Assembly (NCBI GenBank): GCA_045594865.1
Contig: JAZNZI010000134.1
Location: 1-51,746, forward strand
Direction: 5' to 3'
Length of the DNA: 51,746 bases
Source of the DNA: Eubacteriales bacterium
GTDB taxonomy: Bacteria; Bacillota; Clostridia; Oscillospirales; CAG-272
Shown here in pieces: positions 50,140-51,746 of the stretch (position 1 is its first letter; the number at the start of each line of letters is the position of its first letter). Position numbers and translations under genes: made by a program. The notes below the pieces were generated by a model. That model had not been told where the DNA came from. It did not search any database and saw nothing but the letters and a program-made list of their open reading frames with translations.

Positions 50140-50530
50140 AACCACCGAGAACGGATACACGATCTCAACAAAGTATTACAGCAACGACAAATGCGGAAGA
50201 TGTCCTTATAGAGATAAGTGTCACAAATCTAAAAATGGGTACAGAACGATTAAGGTAAACCAAGTAATACCGGAGCACAGAGCAAAAGCACTTGAAGCTT
50301 TAATGAGTGAAGAAGGAACGCTTCTGCGTATGAACAGATCTATTCAAGTCGAAGGTGTGTTTGGTGTGCTTAAAGAGAATTACGGATTCAGACGTTTTTT
50401 AACTCGCGGAAAGAAGAACATAGAAACGCAATTTTTCCTTCTTGCTTTTGCATTAAATATTGAAAAACTCTGCAACCGCACGAAAAAAGGAAGAATTGGC
50501 TTGGATTTGTTCGCTCTGAACGCCTCTTAA
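50140..50530 (+). mobile_element. 3' fragment of an IS1182/IS5-like transposase gene
   Basis: The frame encodes ...NDKCGRCPYRDKCHKSKNGYRTIKVN...RSIQVEGVFGVLKENYGFRRFLTRGKKNIETQFFLLAFALNIEKL*. There is no N-terminal DDE region, and it abuts the truncated T5orf172 gene. Confidence 0.55.
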
Positions 50531-50656
50531 ACCAATTCTCTGCGGAATTGTATAACTCTCAAAAACGAGGATTTTGCCGATCCTCTTTTCGTCATGCTCT
50601 TTTTTGCCTCGTTTCGAGGCTTTTTTCTTTATCTTGTGTTTTTTCGATCAAATGCA

Positions 50657-50705
50657 TAAAAAAGAGCTGCCTCAAACACTCTTAAAATTGCATTTGAGAC
50701 AGCCT
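50657..50705 (-). terminator. Terminator belonging to the tRNA-Ser fragment
   Basis: On the minus strand GCTGTCTCAAA-(16 nt)-TTTGAGGCAGC followed by TCTTTTTT. Confidence 0.6.
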
Positions 50706-50712
50706 CAAAATT

Positions 50713-50770
50713 TGGCGGAGGGTGTGAGATTCGAACTCACGCGCCCGTGAAGGCAAACGGTTTTCAAGAC
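50713..50770 (-). pseudogene. 3' fragment of tRNA-Ser (UGA), from the anticodon loop to CCA
   Basis: On the minus strand GTCTTGAAAACCG...(variable arm)...CGTGAGTTCGAATCTCACACCCTCCGCCA. No matching 5' acceptor (GGAGGGT) or D-arm occurs in the next 150 nt, and similarity stops within the anticodon arm. Confidence 0.7.
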
Positions 50771-51096
50771 TTTTTGACAAATCCGACATTAACGCAAAAT
50801 AATCGAAAATATCAGACGGTAGAAAACGCTGAAAACCCAGTAAAATCAAGGGCTTTCGGCGTTTTGTCTTTCCCAAAATCCAAAACCGTAGACGGTGCAA
50901 GAATTTCCGCTTCTAAAACAATTTCTAAAGATTTTTAGAAAAAGTTTTAGATAAATCCGCCCCGACACGCCCCGTGGCAAGCCACATTCTGTCCGCCAAA
51001 TCCGCCGCAACGGATTAAGTTGTTAGCATCATTATACCACAAAGCAGCCGAGAGTTCAAGGGAGAACGGATATATTTCTTTTTTCTTCTGTTTGGA

Positions 51097-51156
51097 AAAA
51101 GTAATTACTTTTATTTGTAAAATACTATTGACAAAAGTAATTACTTTTGATATAAT
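51097..51156 (+). promoter_or_regulatory. Promoter with two identical palindromic operators
   Basis: AAAAGTAATTACTTTT occurs at 51097-51112 and 51133-51148. TTGACA (51128-51133), a 17-nt spacer, then TATAAT (51151-51156). The second operator fills the spacer. Confidence 0.65.
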
Positions 51157-51191
51157 TATAATGCAATTATATTATGAGGAGGTGTAGCTCA

Positions 51192-51350
51192 TTGTCAAAG
51201 AAACAAAATATCATACCTGACTATGAGTCTGTTACTCCCTTCTTGAGAGGTCAGGCTTCTAAAATTTTCAAAGAAGTTGCAGATAACGACAAGGTGCTAA
51301 TTGTTCAGAAGCAAAACAAACCACAAAATGAAGTGAACCCAAAAGTTTAG
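51192..51350 (+). pseudogene. Phd/YefM-like antitoxin gene truncated by IS3 insertion
   Basis: TTG start after GAGGAGG. It encodes SKKQNIIPDYESVTPFLRGQASKIFKEVADNDKVLIVQKQNKPQN, after which the frame runs into the IS3 terminal repeat and stops. Confidence 0.4.
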
Positions 51351-51746
51351 ACAAAATTAAATATTAAATCATTTGAGAATGAGCTCGGTACTGTACTGGG
51401 CTCATTCCTTTTAGGTTGAGAGAAATTCTCTCATTGTTGTAGTAATGTATGTATTCTTCCAACTTCTCAACGAATCCCCTAGGGGATTCGAATTTTTCGC
51501 CGTAATACATTTCAACCTTTAACCTGCCGAAGAAGTTTTCCATTATGCCGTTGTCCATACAGTTTCCTTTTCGGGACATACTTTGCGTAATGTTGTGCTC
51601 GGCAAGAAGTCGCTGGTATTCAGCGTGTTGGTACTGCCAACCTTGATCAGAGTGAAACAGTGGTCGTGCATCGGCAGGAAGTTTCTCAAATAATCCGTTT
51701 AGCATATCTCTAATTTGCTGCAAGTTAGGGCTTGTAGAAATAGAAT
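51334..51746 (-). mobile_element. IS3 family insertion sequence, right end (continues beyond the window)
   Basis: Terminal repeat TGAACCCAAAAGTTTAGACAAAATT starts at 51334, followed by the 3' part of the OrfB transposase gene. Confidence 0.8.
51364..51746 (-). CDS. IS3 family transposase OrfB (C-terminal part; 5' end outside the window)
   Basis: FHSDQGWQYQHAEYQRLLAEHNITQSMSRKGNCMDNGIMENFFGRLKVEMYY is the rve integrase core with the DDE E-region. The frame is still open at the window edge. Confidence 0.85.
   Translation of the reverse strand, partial: SISTSPNLQQIRDMLNGLFEKLPADARPLFHSDQGWQYQHAEYQRLLAEHNITQSMSRKGNCMDNGIMENFFGRLKVEMYYGEKFESPRGFVEKLEEYIHYYNNERISLNLKGMSPVQYRAHSQMI

Noticed and set aside
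50682-50938. 72-aa and 63-aa ORFs around the tRNA-Ser fragment
   Set aside because: They overlap the tRNA fragment and its terminator. They are A/T-rich sequence with no coding signals.
38000-51746. A recognisable named anti-phage defence system in the accessory right-hand part
   Set aside because: There is no nuclease/helicase/methylase, STAND or TIR/SIR2, reverse transcriptase or cyclase signature. I saw only a decayed T5orf172 gene, a truncated antitoxin and IS fragments.

Overview
This 51.7-kb chromosomal window comes from a spore-forming Bacillota/Clostridia-type genome. The evidence is SpoIVA, a Cheo-type LexA box, a Y-family polymerase/YolD pair and many TTGACA-17-TATAAT sigma-A promoters. 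GC is roughly mid-to-upper 40s % from hand counts of sample 60-mers.

- **Left third (housekeeping):** GNAT, rmlB-like dehydratase, guanylate-kinase-like gene, serS, class II fba, spoIVA, tmRNA, a Big_2/VanZ membrane protein, an M13 peptidase and tRNA-Arg.
- **Centre (12.7-38.0 kb, all minus strand; the stand-out):** a tightly packed six-gene operon is followed by five individually promoted and terminated lipoprotein genes. The operon encodes a membrane protein, a MoxR AAA+ ATPase, a DUF58 protein, a BatA-type vWA protein, a double-vWA protein and a lipoprotein. The five following genes encode products of 2053, 1098, 659 and 348 aa plus a CotH-domain lipoprotein. The four non-CotH proteins carry reiterated Cys3-His or related Cys/His-rich modules (only a single Cys/His/Asp motif in the 348-aa protein) that I cannot assign to a named family.
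- **Right third:** a LexA-controlled polymerase/YolD cassette, a ydjI/ydjG/ydjH-like SPFH/zinc-ribbon/TPM operon without pspA, tRNA-Trp, assorted enzymes and a decayed mobile-element junction. The junction holds a T5orf172 pseudogene, an IS1182 fragment, a 3' fragment of tRNA-Ser with its own terminator, and an antitoxin gene cut by a partial IS3.
- **Non-coding gaps:** they carry clustered short-hairpin and palindromic repeats, and a duplicated tmRNA 3' end.

I saw no rRNA, CRISPR array or recognisable named defence system. Coordinates of short motifs were counted by hand and may be off by 1-2 nt.
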